A stretch of 57,789 bases of DNA from positions 20,495,461 to 20,553,249 of the forward strand of contig NC_068982.1 of NCBI RefSeq assembly GCF_001194135.2. Direction: 5' to 3'. Source of the DNA: Octopus bimaculoides. Its lineage: Eukaryota. The notes below the pieces were generated by a model. That model was not told the origin of the DNA. It made no database searches and was given only the letters and a program-made list of their open reading frames with translations. Shown here piece after piece: positions 13,359 through 25,030 of the stretch. Numbering within the stretch: the first letter of the stretch is position 1; the number at the start of each line of letters is the position of its first letter. The position numbers and the translations under genes were made by a program.

Positions 13359-13540
13359 TCGAAAAAATACCTTAGGTATGAGAACCCAAGTTCGAAATTT
13401 CCCCAAGAAACCTGATGAAGGCTGGAGAGTATATCAGCCGAAATGTTGTGTCAAGAACAAACAAGATGAGGACAAATATCTGTTAAAGGTAAACAATGTA
13501 AATAATGTCCATAATTCCTCATCTCTTAAATATAGAAAGC
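13203..13540 (+). mobile_element. tRNA-headed SINE-like element with (AAT)n linker and hammerhead-bearing tail, preceded by an inverted partial head
   Basis: A-box-like TGCCGTAGTGG 13233-43; B-box-like ATTCGATTCC 13278-87; (AAT)n 13301-56; CTGATGA...GAAA motif 13412-43; inverted head copy 13203-27. Confidence 0.7.
13407..13452 (+). ncRNA. Degenerate minimal type I hammerhead ribozyme motif
   Basis: gaaac-CTGATGA-a-ggctg-gagagtatat-cagcc-GAAA-t-gt-t-gtgtc. Helix II is a perfect 5 bp and helix I pairs at 4/5 (gaaac/gtgtc). Helix III ATGT is one transition from palindromic ACGT; the triplet is GUU. Confidence 0.65.
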
Positions 13541-13589
13541 ATTTACATGTTAACACTTCTAATCAGTTTTCACCAGAAGCCATGACATT

Positions 13590-14320
13590 CACTGTCTGGT
13601 ATTGAGTCTTGTGCCAATAACGCCAATAATCCCACGAATAATTGCCATCTTAGTCTTCCAAAGTCTTTTTACCGATCTTTTCTCAATATCTTTCGTTTAC
13701 ACTCTTTTTATTGTTCTTCATTGACATAGATATTCTTGCTTCAGTAGTAGGGTGTCTTTATGGGTTATTCCAGAAAATCATATAATTATTATTCTTTATT
13801 ACGACCTCTTCCCCGCATTCGTTTCGCTTTTGATACTTTGGAAATAATCACTTAGTTAATTAACAGTACTGTAATCGCGCTAGCATATTGCCTTCACTCA
13901 AGAAAAGGTTAATATGTTCGTATCGTTTTCTATAGGTTTAGTATTTGTTTTCTGACTGGTGTTTTATCAACCTCTGCTACAACGAGCGTTTTCTTCTAGC
14001 ATTCTCATTTTGTCGCATGAATTAGCCATGACATTCATTTTTTTTCCAGCTATTTGTTTTACTGATCTTCTATTCTTTAATTCTACTATTTTAGTAATAT
14101 TCTGGAAATATCTGGCCAGATTTGTTTCTTTCTTACCTACGTAAATTATGGCATTTCAAACTGAATATTGCAGTTCTAACGGTATCTTCTGAAGTTAGCA
14201 AACTTCTACTGCCTTCTCTTTTCTATACCTAGAGCTTGTCCATATTACTTTCAGAGTTGTACATGTTGTTCATTGCTAGCACCGTCCTAGTTCCTCTATA
14301 TAATTTCGGTAGCTATCTTC
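13590..14320 (-). pseudogene. Degenerate non-LTR retrotransposon ORF (Dong/R4/NeSL-like, post-RT thumb to restriction-like endonuclease region)
   Basis: Minus-strand reading gives TRTVLAMNNMYNSESNMDKL*V*KREGSRSLLTSEDTVRTAIFSL (cf. TRKLLTMH...DVDRLYxxRxEGGRGL) and KRLWKTKMAIIRGIIGVIGT (cf. RLWxMKxxxxPIVIGALG). Many stops. Confidence 0.65.
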
Positions 14321-14498
14321 ATCCAATTCAGATAAGGAGCAGAATGTTAATATCTGTATATGTGAAAAATAAAATACATTGATGAATTTATTGTATTTGC
14401 ATTTTGAAAGTTCACTCATCTTTATTCATTACATATTAAGTATATACATACATACACAAACAGGCACTGACACAACACACATACACACACATATATGC

Positions 14499-14545
<47 letters not shown>

Positions 14546-14623
14546 ATATATNNNNNNNNNNNNNNNNNNNNNNNNNNNNNNNNNNNNNNNNNNNNNNNNN
14601 NNNNNNNNNNNNNNNNNNNNNNN

Positions 14624-14664
<41 letters not shown>

Positions 14665-16668
14665 ATATACAGACATATATATGCATACATACATAAAAGG
14701 ACCAGCAGTATTATGCTCAAGCAAAAACATAAGAAAAGAGAGTAATGAAAACACGAGTGAGAATAATAAGAATATTATTTAATACAGCCGGGTACTTGCT
14801 CATACATATTTGAAAATATTTGTGTATTATAATAAATCTTTGTCAAACCTTAACTTAAGTACAGGATTGAAGGTGCTAGTAAATCAACACTGACTACCGA
14901 TAATAGCGAAACAAAAGACACACAAATGAAAATATATTTCGTTTGGCAATATCTGATTTTGCTCATAAGCTCTAATATTTGGGATCAAATTCTGTCTGAA
15001 ATGACGATCGTTAAAATCTGGTTTATATTCTATTAGTACAAGCTGGAATAAAATCAGTGCTGGCATATTTGAACTCAGTGATTTAAAACATCTTATAAAA
15101 TAAGCTATTCTTGTCCGACGTAACACTATGTTCTGTCGGATGCGTCTTTCTTCTGACAATCTAGTCTCAATGCAAGAAAATGAAATCTGAAAGGAATTAA
15201 TGAATTGTATACATCCCACTCTGATGACTATTTGAATGTCACGAGGCAATATGAAAGATACTATTAGATTTCCCTAAATCAAAATAGAAAAGTAGTAAAC
15301 AAAACGAATAATAAAATTCGATCGTCCAAACATTTTATTAGGGATGACAAACAAATATAAGAACAATATAATCCATCAAAATGGTAATATTCTATGTGAA
15401 ATACATATAAATAAACGGTAAAACGATAATTATTATGCTATTTGAGTAGAGAAAACAGCCTGAAAATTGAAACATAACCATTGGACATTCACAAACAGGT
15501 GCTACATTTTTTAAAAAAGAAATGCTACTTCAAGGTGCTAATAGTTTCATTCGATAAATATTGCTGATATAAATCTTAAATATTTACTAGTTTACTAATT
15601 AACAAAGATTACGGTGTGGTATATCCAATGATAGTCTGTCATTCTACCTCAGAGTATGCTTTACCTATTCATTACCGAATATTTCTTTCAATATGTATCT
15701 CCACTACATCTTGAGTATTACAGGAAATGAAATATGATAAGGCGCGGTATGATTTACACTATACAGACCTATGTCAACACTGCTTCTAATTTATTACAAC
15801 TGCAATATTTCCACCAGTATCAATTATCATATTTCCAAGATGAGAGTAGGGGCGTTTTCAATACTACATATTTGAATAGTTTTCAACTGCATATGTTCTT
15901 ATCTAAAACATTATAAACGTGACAATACTGACAGCAGGATTTTGAGTGGAGAAACAAAATGATCTGTTTGTCATAATCTGAGTAAAATTGTTTCCAAAAT
16001 GAAAATGATTAATTAACAGGAAATATACTGGGAAAACATTCATGAGGCATTACTCCATCTTGCATACAACATAACATTTCGAACGAATTAAAGTGTCTCT
16101 TCCCTGACATATATTTCAGTCATGTACCGCTAGAAGGATGCAACGAAGCAAGTAACAACATGATAGCTTCAGAGTATCTTAGAAATATTTTCTCAAATGT
16201 CCATTTAAATAATTAATGTAAAAATTAATGTTGTTTAAGAAAAATGTATAAAAATCACACTATAATTTAGATATTTTTTTTTATTTTTAATTATATTTAA
16301 GATAATTATTTTGAAATTAATTTTTTATTCTTTTCTATGCAAGTCTCATTTTTATTGCTATGATAATTTCCTTGCTGTAGATGAGTGCGTTTACATTTCC
16401 TTCATTTTATTCGTTTCATTATTTTTTAATTTGCGTATATTGTTAGTGTTGGAAATGTTAGTTTCCAAATTTTAAATAGTGTTATTTAAATAAAAAATGT
16501 TAATAACTTTCCTTTTACTGGCACATGATCTAATCAATTTTGCTGGTGCAGTGAGTAAATTAAATCCTGAAAAATTAATAAAGCTCCTATATTTACATGA
16601 AATATTGCGTTCCGAATTTGGTTTAGCAGTTTCTATAATATTTTTATTTTTCTGGTTACTGGTTTCAG

Positions 16669-16722
16669 TTTCAAACATAATTATGGAAACTATGCAAAGA
16701 ATCTGGTTAGCTAAGTTTTATG
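16669..16722 (+). CDS. Candidate 54-nt internal exon (xSNIIMETMQRIWLAKFY)
   Basis: Pyrimidine-rich acceptor ttttctggttactggtttcag| and donor G|gtaaca. Phase 1-1, compatible with 12935-12982. Confidence 0.3.
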
Positions 16723-17593
16723 GTAACAAATAAGTAAACTTATTTTTCGCATCTCTCATTGAAATAACTTAAATTCGAAAATGATCACAAACACATAGAT
16801 ACACTAACACACAAACACACTGACACATAAACATTGACACGCACAAACAAAAACAGCCGCACACAGCAATATATACACACATGCACACGTATATAGGGCT
16901 TATATATATGCATATATATATATATATANNNNNNNNNNNNNNNNNNNNNNNNNNNNNNNNNNNNNNNNNNNNNNNNNNNNNNNNNNNNNNNNNNNNNNNN
17001 NNNNNNNNNNNNNNNNNNNNNNNNNNNNNNNNNNNNNNNNNNNNNNNNNNNNNNNNNNNNNNNNNNNNNNNNNNNNNNNNNNNNNNNNNNNNNNNNNNNN
17101 NNNNNNNNNNNNNNNNNNNNNNNNNNNNNNNNNNNNNNNNNNNNNNNNNNNNNNNNNNNNNNNNNNNNNNNNNNNNNNNNNNNNNNNNNNNNNNNNNNNN
17201 NNNNNNNNNNNNNNNNNNNNNNNNNNNNNNNNNNNNNNNNNNNNNNNNNNNNNNNNNNNNNNNNNNNNNNNNNNNNNNNNNNNNNNNNNNNNNNNNNNNN
17301 NNNNNNNNNNNNNNNNNNNNNNNNNNNNNNNNNNNNNNNNNNNNNNNNNNNNNNNNNNNNNNNNNNNNNNNNNNNNNNNNNNNNNNNNNNNNNNNNNNNN
17401 NNNNNNNNNNNNNNNNNNNNNNNNNNNNNNNNNNNNNNNNNNNNNNNNNNNNNNNNNNNNNNNNNNNNNNNNNNNNNNNNNNNNNNNNNNNNNNNNNNNN
17501 NNNNNNNNNNNNNNNNNNNNNNNNNNNNNNNNNNNNNNNNNNNNNNNNNNNNNNNNNNNNNNNNNNNNNNNNNNNNNNNNNNNNNNNNNNNNN

Positions 17594-17636
<43 letters not shown>

Positions 17637-18140
17637 AGATATGCTAATCAAGAATGGGTAGCGATTAATCTTTCAAATTTATTTATAAAATACCATTTTT
17701 TTCATATTCCAAACCAACATGTTTTTCTGCTGCAAATGTGTTCTAAGGTCCAAAGACACTTTCTCAGCGGAAGCATGCGTTGAAATGTAATATCAAAATA
17801 CACTTTTTCAATAGGTAAATTTTTAAAATGAATAACTGTCCAATCTTTATTTTGTCTCGTTAATGTACTCTGTATTGTACATAAAATCACTTGAAGCCAA
17901 CTCAGGATTTACTTTTCATAGTGTGTACTGTTTAATCATCTATTCTAAAGAATTCTAAATGTTTCCCATCATCTACTATGGTGGTTAGTCTAGTCTGTAT
18001 TTCCTCAGGGTGCTTGTGGCGTATCTGTCCAAATATATGGTCATTATTATTTTGCCGTTATACAAACATACATACATACATACATACATACATACATACA
18101 TACATTCATACACACACATACACACACACACATATATCGT

Positions 18141-18560
18141 AGGCGCTGGAGTGGCTGTGTGGTAAGTAACTTGCTTACCAACCACATGGTAACGGGTTCA
18201 GTCTCACGCCGTAGTACATTGGGCAAATGCCTTCTGCTATAATCTCGGACAGACCAAAGACTTGTGAGTAGACTTCGTAGGTGGAAATTCAAAGTAGCCC
18301 GTCGTATATATATCTATGTGTGTGTGTATGTGTGTGTTTGTGTGTGTGTGTGTGTGTATGTGGGTGTGTGTGTATGTGTCTGTGTGTGTTTGTCCTTCCA
18401 ACATCGCTTGACAACCGAAGCTGGTGTGTTTACGTTCCCGTAACTGAGCGAAAGAGACCGATAGAATAAGTTCTAGGCTTACAAAGAATAAATCATGGAG
18501 TCGATTTATTCAACTGAAGGCTGTGCTCAAGCATGGCCGTTGACTGAAACAAAAGAATAG
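18141..18560 (+). mobile_element. tRNA-derived SINE family 1 (CORE-like body, internal microsatellite, LINE-like tail), diverged copy
   Basis: ggagtggctgtgtggtaag...ggttcagtc...ttgggcaaatg...aacatcgcttgacaacc...gaccgatagaataag...catggcc...gactgaaac aligns with 52518-52934. Confidence 0.9.
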
Positions 18561-18589
18561 ATATATATAAATAATGAAATAAAAAGAAA

Positions 18590-19165
18590 AAGGCTGTGAA
18601 GATTTTAGAACATTTATAAATAGGTTTTAAAGTTGTTTCCGGGATATTTTTATATCCCTTCATCGGAGACGGTGTGAGAAAATGGTTAAGCAATAGTTAA
18701 TTTAGATAGGATATGAAATAGAAAGTGAAGTGGAGGAATGAATATAGATGTGAGATATGCAGGGATATTGCATTTGTAGATCCATTATTTAGGCAGAATG
18801 GTATACATATAAGATTCCGCTAGCTTGTGTGTAAATTCCAATAGTATTTAAAATTGGTCATTCCAAGTATAGGGTTTGTACACAGTGCTATTGAATCGAG
18901 GCTATATTTAAAGTGACGTAGGTCACTTTACATACACTAACAGCTGTAGGACATTCTATTTATAAATATTCTAAAATCTTCAAAGCCTTGGTTTTTTATC
19001 TCATTCTGAATTTTCTTTTATGTATACATTCTGATATATGACTTACGTTGGACTCCTTATTCGTTTAATCACCGAACCTGGAGTTTAACTATGGTCTGTC
19101 CATAGCACTTAATCAGCATTACCAGACACCTTTGGGTCTTATTGACGCCATTTCCTCTCTTAACC
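18590..19165. mobile_element. Rearranged copy of the 22322-22835 repeat: inverted 5' segment plus direct 3' segment
   Basis: 18590-18920 is the reverse complement of ~22325-22660. 18939-19165 is a direct match to ~22612-22835, so ~45-50 bp are present twice. Confidence 0.85.
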
Positions 19166-19194
19166 TCTCTCTCTCTCTGTCTCTCTCTGTCTCT

Positions 19195-19236
<42 letters not shown>

Positions 19237-20546
19237 ATATATATATATATATATACACGAGCGACTGGTCAAACGAAAGGAGGGCACTCAACATATTTAT
19301 TGAGTGTTTCATTCAAATTCCGTGACATTTAAATGAGAATACCCGTAGAGGAGGTCCGAGACGGTTAACGGCTGATGGGCTGCCATGTGTCGAGGAAGAT
19401 CACGGGACCTCACAGTGATATCTACAAGTTTTGAAACATTAAGTAGCAACGAATTTGAAGCCAACTGTTTTCCTCCATATGTGTCTATGTGTGTATTCGT
19501 CTGAGTGTGTGTTTTTAGAATAAGGAATAGGAAATAAATTATATTTTTTTTTGGTGGAACTCGAAGTAAAAAAGCTGTAAATAATAACGAGTAGGTTATC
19601 TCTCAAAAGTTCTAATTTATTATGACGTAAATGATATATAGAGTTATCGCTGCTAAGAACAAATCTTTAGAATGGATGAAGAAAATTTGAATTGTAAAAA
19701 TGTTGTAAAACGACGATCAATGTTTATTGAAAATGTGTTTATAATTGAGTTAAATAACAGCACTGCGTGCAAGTGGCTTCTGATAAAATCATGAAAGACA
19801 TGAAGTATAGTGACAATCAAAGTAGTATCTGAAGACAATTGTCCTCCTTGCAGAATATAAACGGATATTTTAGTGTTTCAGTCATAAAATATTCTTGATA
19901 TAATATTAATTATATAATGCTGATAAGTGATAATGAATAAAAAGTAATTATAGAAATATAGCTTTTTAGAACGAGAAGTAAAAATCGCAATAGCTGATAT
20001 ATGATATTGCAGGGAACGAAATAAAAAGCTAAAATCCCTTAATAAATATGTTTATGTGGAATATTTTTTGTTAGATAAAAATTAAACGACAACTGGTACT
20101 TCCATTTACCTTACATAAAATTAGGAACTTTGCTTGGAGTTCACATATCTTTACTTTAAACACTGTGAAAAATTAGGAAGGAGAATTACAAAGTTACTTT
20201 CAATATGTCACATTACAATTAAATTATCATAGCAAACTACACAAGGAGTAATCAATGCATTCAACGCATCTACAATTATTGAATTGTAGTTTCGCATCAT
20301 ACATTGTAAATCAACTTACACTCTGACAACACTATCTACGATAAAGATCCTTTCCAAGTAATTCCATTACGCAATATATGTACTCAGATAAAAACAAATT
20401 TAATTCTTCTGAAAATTATTTGAGTTAACCTCACTCTATATAGGCAGATAATTTGCGATATACAGAAAAAAAAAATCAGTTTGTTTGAAAGTCTATTATA
20501 AAAAAAAATCCCCTCAGTACATATATAAATACAATGGAATAGCAAT

Positions 20547-20549
20547 ATG

Positions 20550-20610
<61 letters not shown>

Positions 20611-20784
20611 CAGTAGTAGTAGTAGCGGCAGCAGCAGCAGCGGCAGTAGTAGTAGTAGTAGTAATAGTAGGAGGAGGAGGATGGGAGGAAGTGGAGGGGC
20701 TGCAGCAGCAACAGCAGCATCATCACCAGCAGCAGTAGCAGTGGCAGCAGCAGCAGCAGCAGTAGCGGTAGTAGTAATAGTAGC

Positions 20785-20845
<61 letters not shown>
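20547..20845. repeat. Compound (GTA)n/(GCA)n trinucleotide microsatellite
   Basis: Directly visible. It explains the poly-V/L/Y/Q/A ORFs. Confidence 0.95.
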
Positions 20846-21955
20846 CATTTAATAATAGTAGCACGATCTCTATTACTAAAACAATGTTAGTAACTGGTAA
20901 TAATGAATCATGAAAATACAGTCAATGTAGATATACTGTCAACTATGTATTTACAGATACATGATCAATGTAGATCCATCAAAATTCAATTGCACACTTG
21001 AAATAACAAATTCATAAATTAATGCTTGTCCAAATCCAACCGCTCTATACACACCCGATAAAATTCTCAGAAACACTTAGTGAAATAAAGGATGCATAGG
21101 AAAGTAAAATAAATTATGCAAACACACAAAACTGGTAAACCCGTGCATTTTATATTTAGAAATATAATACACGCTGGCACATTGTGTAGAGTATTTAGTA
21201 GAAAATATGACCGCAACAGGATATCAAGCACAAATCTTGTTCTAATATCTACCACATATACGACATACGCACTATTCAGGTATTTCCCAATCAACACCCA
21301 CACAAAATATACAGAAGGAGATCAGAGATAGGAAACGAAAGTACTTAGCTTAAATGCTTTTTTTTCTGTATTAAAAAAGCAGCAAGAAAAAAACTGAAAA
21401 TACTCTAATACACTTAAGAAACCAGCAAACTTACAGTGTTCCTACATTCCGTAATAGGTGCCTCTACTCAATGCACGCACATACTTAATACAAAGCATTA
21501 AGTGTTATATATACGTAATATGCACTTGGAGTATTTAGCAGAATGAAACAGTAGCAAAACAACAGGAAAATATACTCATAAATATTGTTATCGCCTACGA
21601 ATGGTGAAACAGATGAATGATAAAACAGGAATGGCTTACAAGTAACATAGAGATTAGATGTAGCAGGGATTATGCATGTTCTAACTACAGCCCAATTTCT
21701 CTACAAGAAACCACAAAAGAGAATATTGCAGAAAATTACACGTTAGGCACACAGAAAACTTATAAATAGATAAAAGCACGTTCCACTTAATCATTGAAGT
21801 TATAATAATGACATCAGGAAATTACTGAGATTGTTATTTCGAAAATATTCAGCAGCTATTGCATATGATTTTGCATAAATATACATCTCACAACGGACAA
21901 AACATTTATGCACACAAACACACACGCACATACACACACATACACACACACACAT

Positions 21956-22021
<66 letters not shown>

Positions 22022-22254
22022 ATGTATGTACGTATGCAAGTAAAAAAAGTCAAGGTAGAAAATACTAAAATAATTTCATAAAAAAATTTCAGTACTGGTT
22101 TCAGTCTTTCAGACTTTTTCAACTCTAAGTATAGAAAATATATAAATTTTGGAAAAATTAAAAGAAAAGTTTTTTTGAAGAATATTTGCATGTTGTTCAA
22201 GTACAAGTGTCAATTTCCTTGTTTCTGCTTGTTTCTGTCTCTGCTGTTTATTCT

Positions 22255-22319
22255 TGTGGGTTCGAGGTCACTGTGGGTTCGAGGTCGCTGTGGGTTCGAG
22301 GTCACAACGACCTCGAACC
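22255..22319. repeat. 17-bp tandem repeat x3 followed by an inverted 11-bp copy
   Basis: tgtgggttcgaggtc(a/g)c x3, then aac, then gacctcgaacc. Confidence 0.95.
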
Positions 22320-22321
22320 TA

Positions 22322-22835
22322 ATTTTACGTCACTTTAAATAAAACCCTTGATTCAATAGCACTGTGTACGAACTCTATACGTGTAATGACCAATTTTAAA
22401 TACTATTGGAATTTACTCACAAGGTATTGGAATCTTATATGTATACCATTCTGCCTAAATAATGGATCTACAAATGCAATATCCCTGCATATCTCACAGA
22501 GATTTTCATTGCTCCACTTCACTCTCTATTTCATATCTTATCTAAATTAACTCTTGCTTAACCCTTTTCTCACGCCGTCTCCGATGGAGGGAGATAATAA
22601 ATCCCCTCGAAACAGCTGTATTACCTTCTATTTATAAATGTTCTAAAATCTTCACAGCCTTGGTTTTTTATCTCATTCTGAAAAAAAATGTTTATATATA
22701 CACACGCTGATATATGACCTACTTTGAACTCCTTATTCGCATAATCACCGAACCTGGAGCTTAACTATGGTCTATCCATAGTACTTACTCAGCATTAACT
22801 GATACCTCTGTGTCTTACTGACACCATTACCTCTC
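22322..22835 (+). mobile_element. ~510-bp non-coding dispersed repeat with degenerate hammerhead-like motif (Penelope pLTR-like)
   Basis: Homologous to both segments at 18.6-19.2 kb. Contains gtct-ccgatgg-agggagat-aataa-atcccctc-GAAA-cagctg-ta at 22577-22620. Confidence 0.7.
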
Positions 22836-23253
22836 ATAACCGCCATATGTATATATATACATGCATATACGAGTACAGGACATCCAAAACGTAGAAAGAA
22901 TGAGAAACGAGAACATAAAGAACAAAAATATAGAAAATGTACTTTTTTTCAAACAACGAAAAACCTAACACAGAGAAACAAGACATACAACATAAAGAAC
23001 ATTCCTTCCATCAGTTGTCCCCTGTTTTATTTACTCCGCGTTTGGAAGGTAAGGACAAGACGCGACTTCGTTAAAACAATCCTTCCCGCAAAGCAAATTA
23101 AAGAAAATTTGCGATTTTTTGCGGAGGGTGAAAGTGGTAACAAAAACACGACACGGGCATGCGTGTGTTCAGCGGAACACACACACACATACACAGACAC
23201 ACGCACATACACAGACACACACACATACACAGACACACACAGGAAAACACAGG

Positions 23254-23290
<37 letters not shown>

Positions 23291-24370
23291 ACACCCACAC
23301 ACATACACATACACATATACAAAAACACAGACACACACACACACACATATATATGTATATAAATGTGCATGCTGCATCTATAATGGTTTGAAACAACTCT
23401 AGGTATATAGATGAATAGTACTTTTCTGCGAAGCTACCACCAACTTTTTCTTCCACACATGCAACATAACCTCAATTACATACTTCAGAATCATCATATC
23501 ATCATCATCGCATCCTCATCGTCACCATTATCGCCGGCAACACTGTCATTATAATTACTCCCTTCATCTCTTTACTTACAGCTATTTTAGAGACGTAATT
23601 GTTACAATTATCAACATTACCAAGAAATAAAATATAGTAATTATCTACTAATAAGCCTAAAACATTATTTATGATATTAATATTACCAGTGTTTTAATGA
23701 TATTATTGTTGGACTATCATAATCTTATTATTCACTCTTATAATTTTAGTACTTAGAGAAAATTTTGGTAACATTATGATAGCCGAAATTCAGTTGACGT
23801 ATATATATATATATATNNNNNNNNNNNNNNNNNNNNNNNNNNNNNNNNNNNNNNNNNNNNNNNNNNNNNNNNNNNNNNNNNNNNNNNNNNNNNNNNNNNN
23901 NNNNNNNNNNNNNNNNNNNNNNNNNNNNNNNNNNNNNNNNNNNNNNNNNNNNNNNNNNNNNNNNNNNNNNNNNNNNNNNNNNNNNNNNNNNNNNNNNNNN
24001 NNNNNNNNNNNNNNNNNNNNNNNNNNNNNNNNNNNNNNNNNNNNNNNNNNNNNNNNNNNNNNNNNNNNNNNNNNNNNNNNNNNNNNNNNNNNNNNNNNNN
24101 NNNNNNNNNNNNNNNNNNNNNNNNNNNNNNNNNNNNNNNNNNNNNNNNNNNNNNNNNNNNNNNNNNNNNNNNNNNNNNNNNNNNNNNNNNNNNNNNNNNN
24201 NNNNNNNNNNNNNNNNNNNNNNNNNNNNNNNNNNNNNNNNNNNNNNNNNNNNNNNNNNNNNNNNNNNNNNNNNNNNNNNNNNNNNNNNNNNNNNNNNNNN
24301 NNNNNNNNNNNNNNNNNNNNNNNNNNNNNNNNNNNNNNNNNNNNNNNNNNNNNNNNNNNNNNNNNNNNNN

Positions 24371-24484
24371 CAGTCCCACTGCGTGGCACCTTGGGCAAGT
24401 GTCTTCTACTATAGCCTCGGGCTGACCAAAGCCTTGTGAGTGGATTTGGTAGACGGAAACTGAAAGACGCCCGTCGTATATATG

Positions 24485-24520
<36 letters not shown>

Positions 24521-24746
24521 TGTGTGTGTGTATGTTTGTGTGTCTGTGTTTGTCCCCCCAACATCGCTTGACAACCAATGCTGATGCGTTTACGTCCCCG
24601 TAATCTAGCGGTTTGGCAAAAGAGACCGATAGAATAAGTACTAGGCTTCCAAAGAATAAGTCATGGGGTCGATTTACTCGACTAAAGGCGGTGCTCCAGC
24701 ATGGCCGCAGTCAAATGACTGAAACAAGTAAAAGATTAAAAGAGTA
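24371..24746 (+). mobile_element. SINE family 1 copy, 5' end lost in gap
   Basis: cagtcccactgcgtggcaccttgggcaagtgtcttctactatagcc... through to the gactgaaacaagtaaaaga tail. Confidence 0.92.
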
Positions 24747-25030
24747 ATAGTAACATCGTTATCATTATTAAGAAGAAGAATTATTTTAAATATGATCGTA
24801 ATAACATTATTTGCTACTTTTTATACACTAACACTGGCAATATTTAAGACCACTTAGAATATTAACAATGATGACTAATTCAAATGTACTTAGATTCATA
24901 CGATTGCCACCAAATATATATGTATGCAAATATTTTGAAGGTTATCTTTACACGCATATTCATTGATGCCTACAGACACACACACACACGCATGCATACT
25001 CATATATACAGGAACATGTCTATACAAAAG

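Noticed and set aside
20681-20740. Poly-Q/His coding exon (LQQQQQHHHQQQ)
   Set aside because: It is embedded in a compound GTA/GCA microsatellite without credible splice sites.
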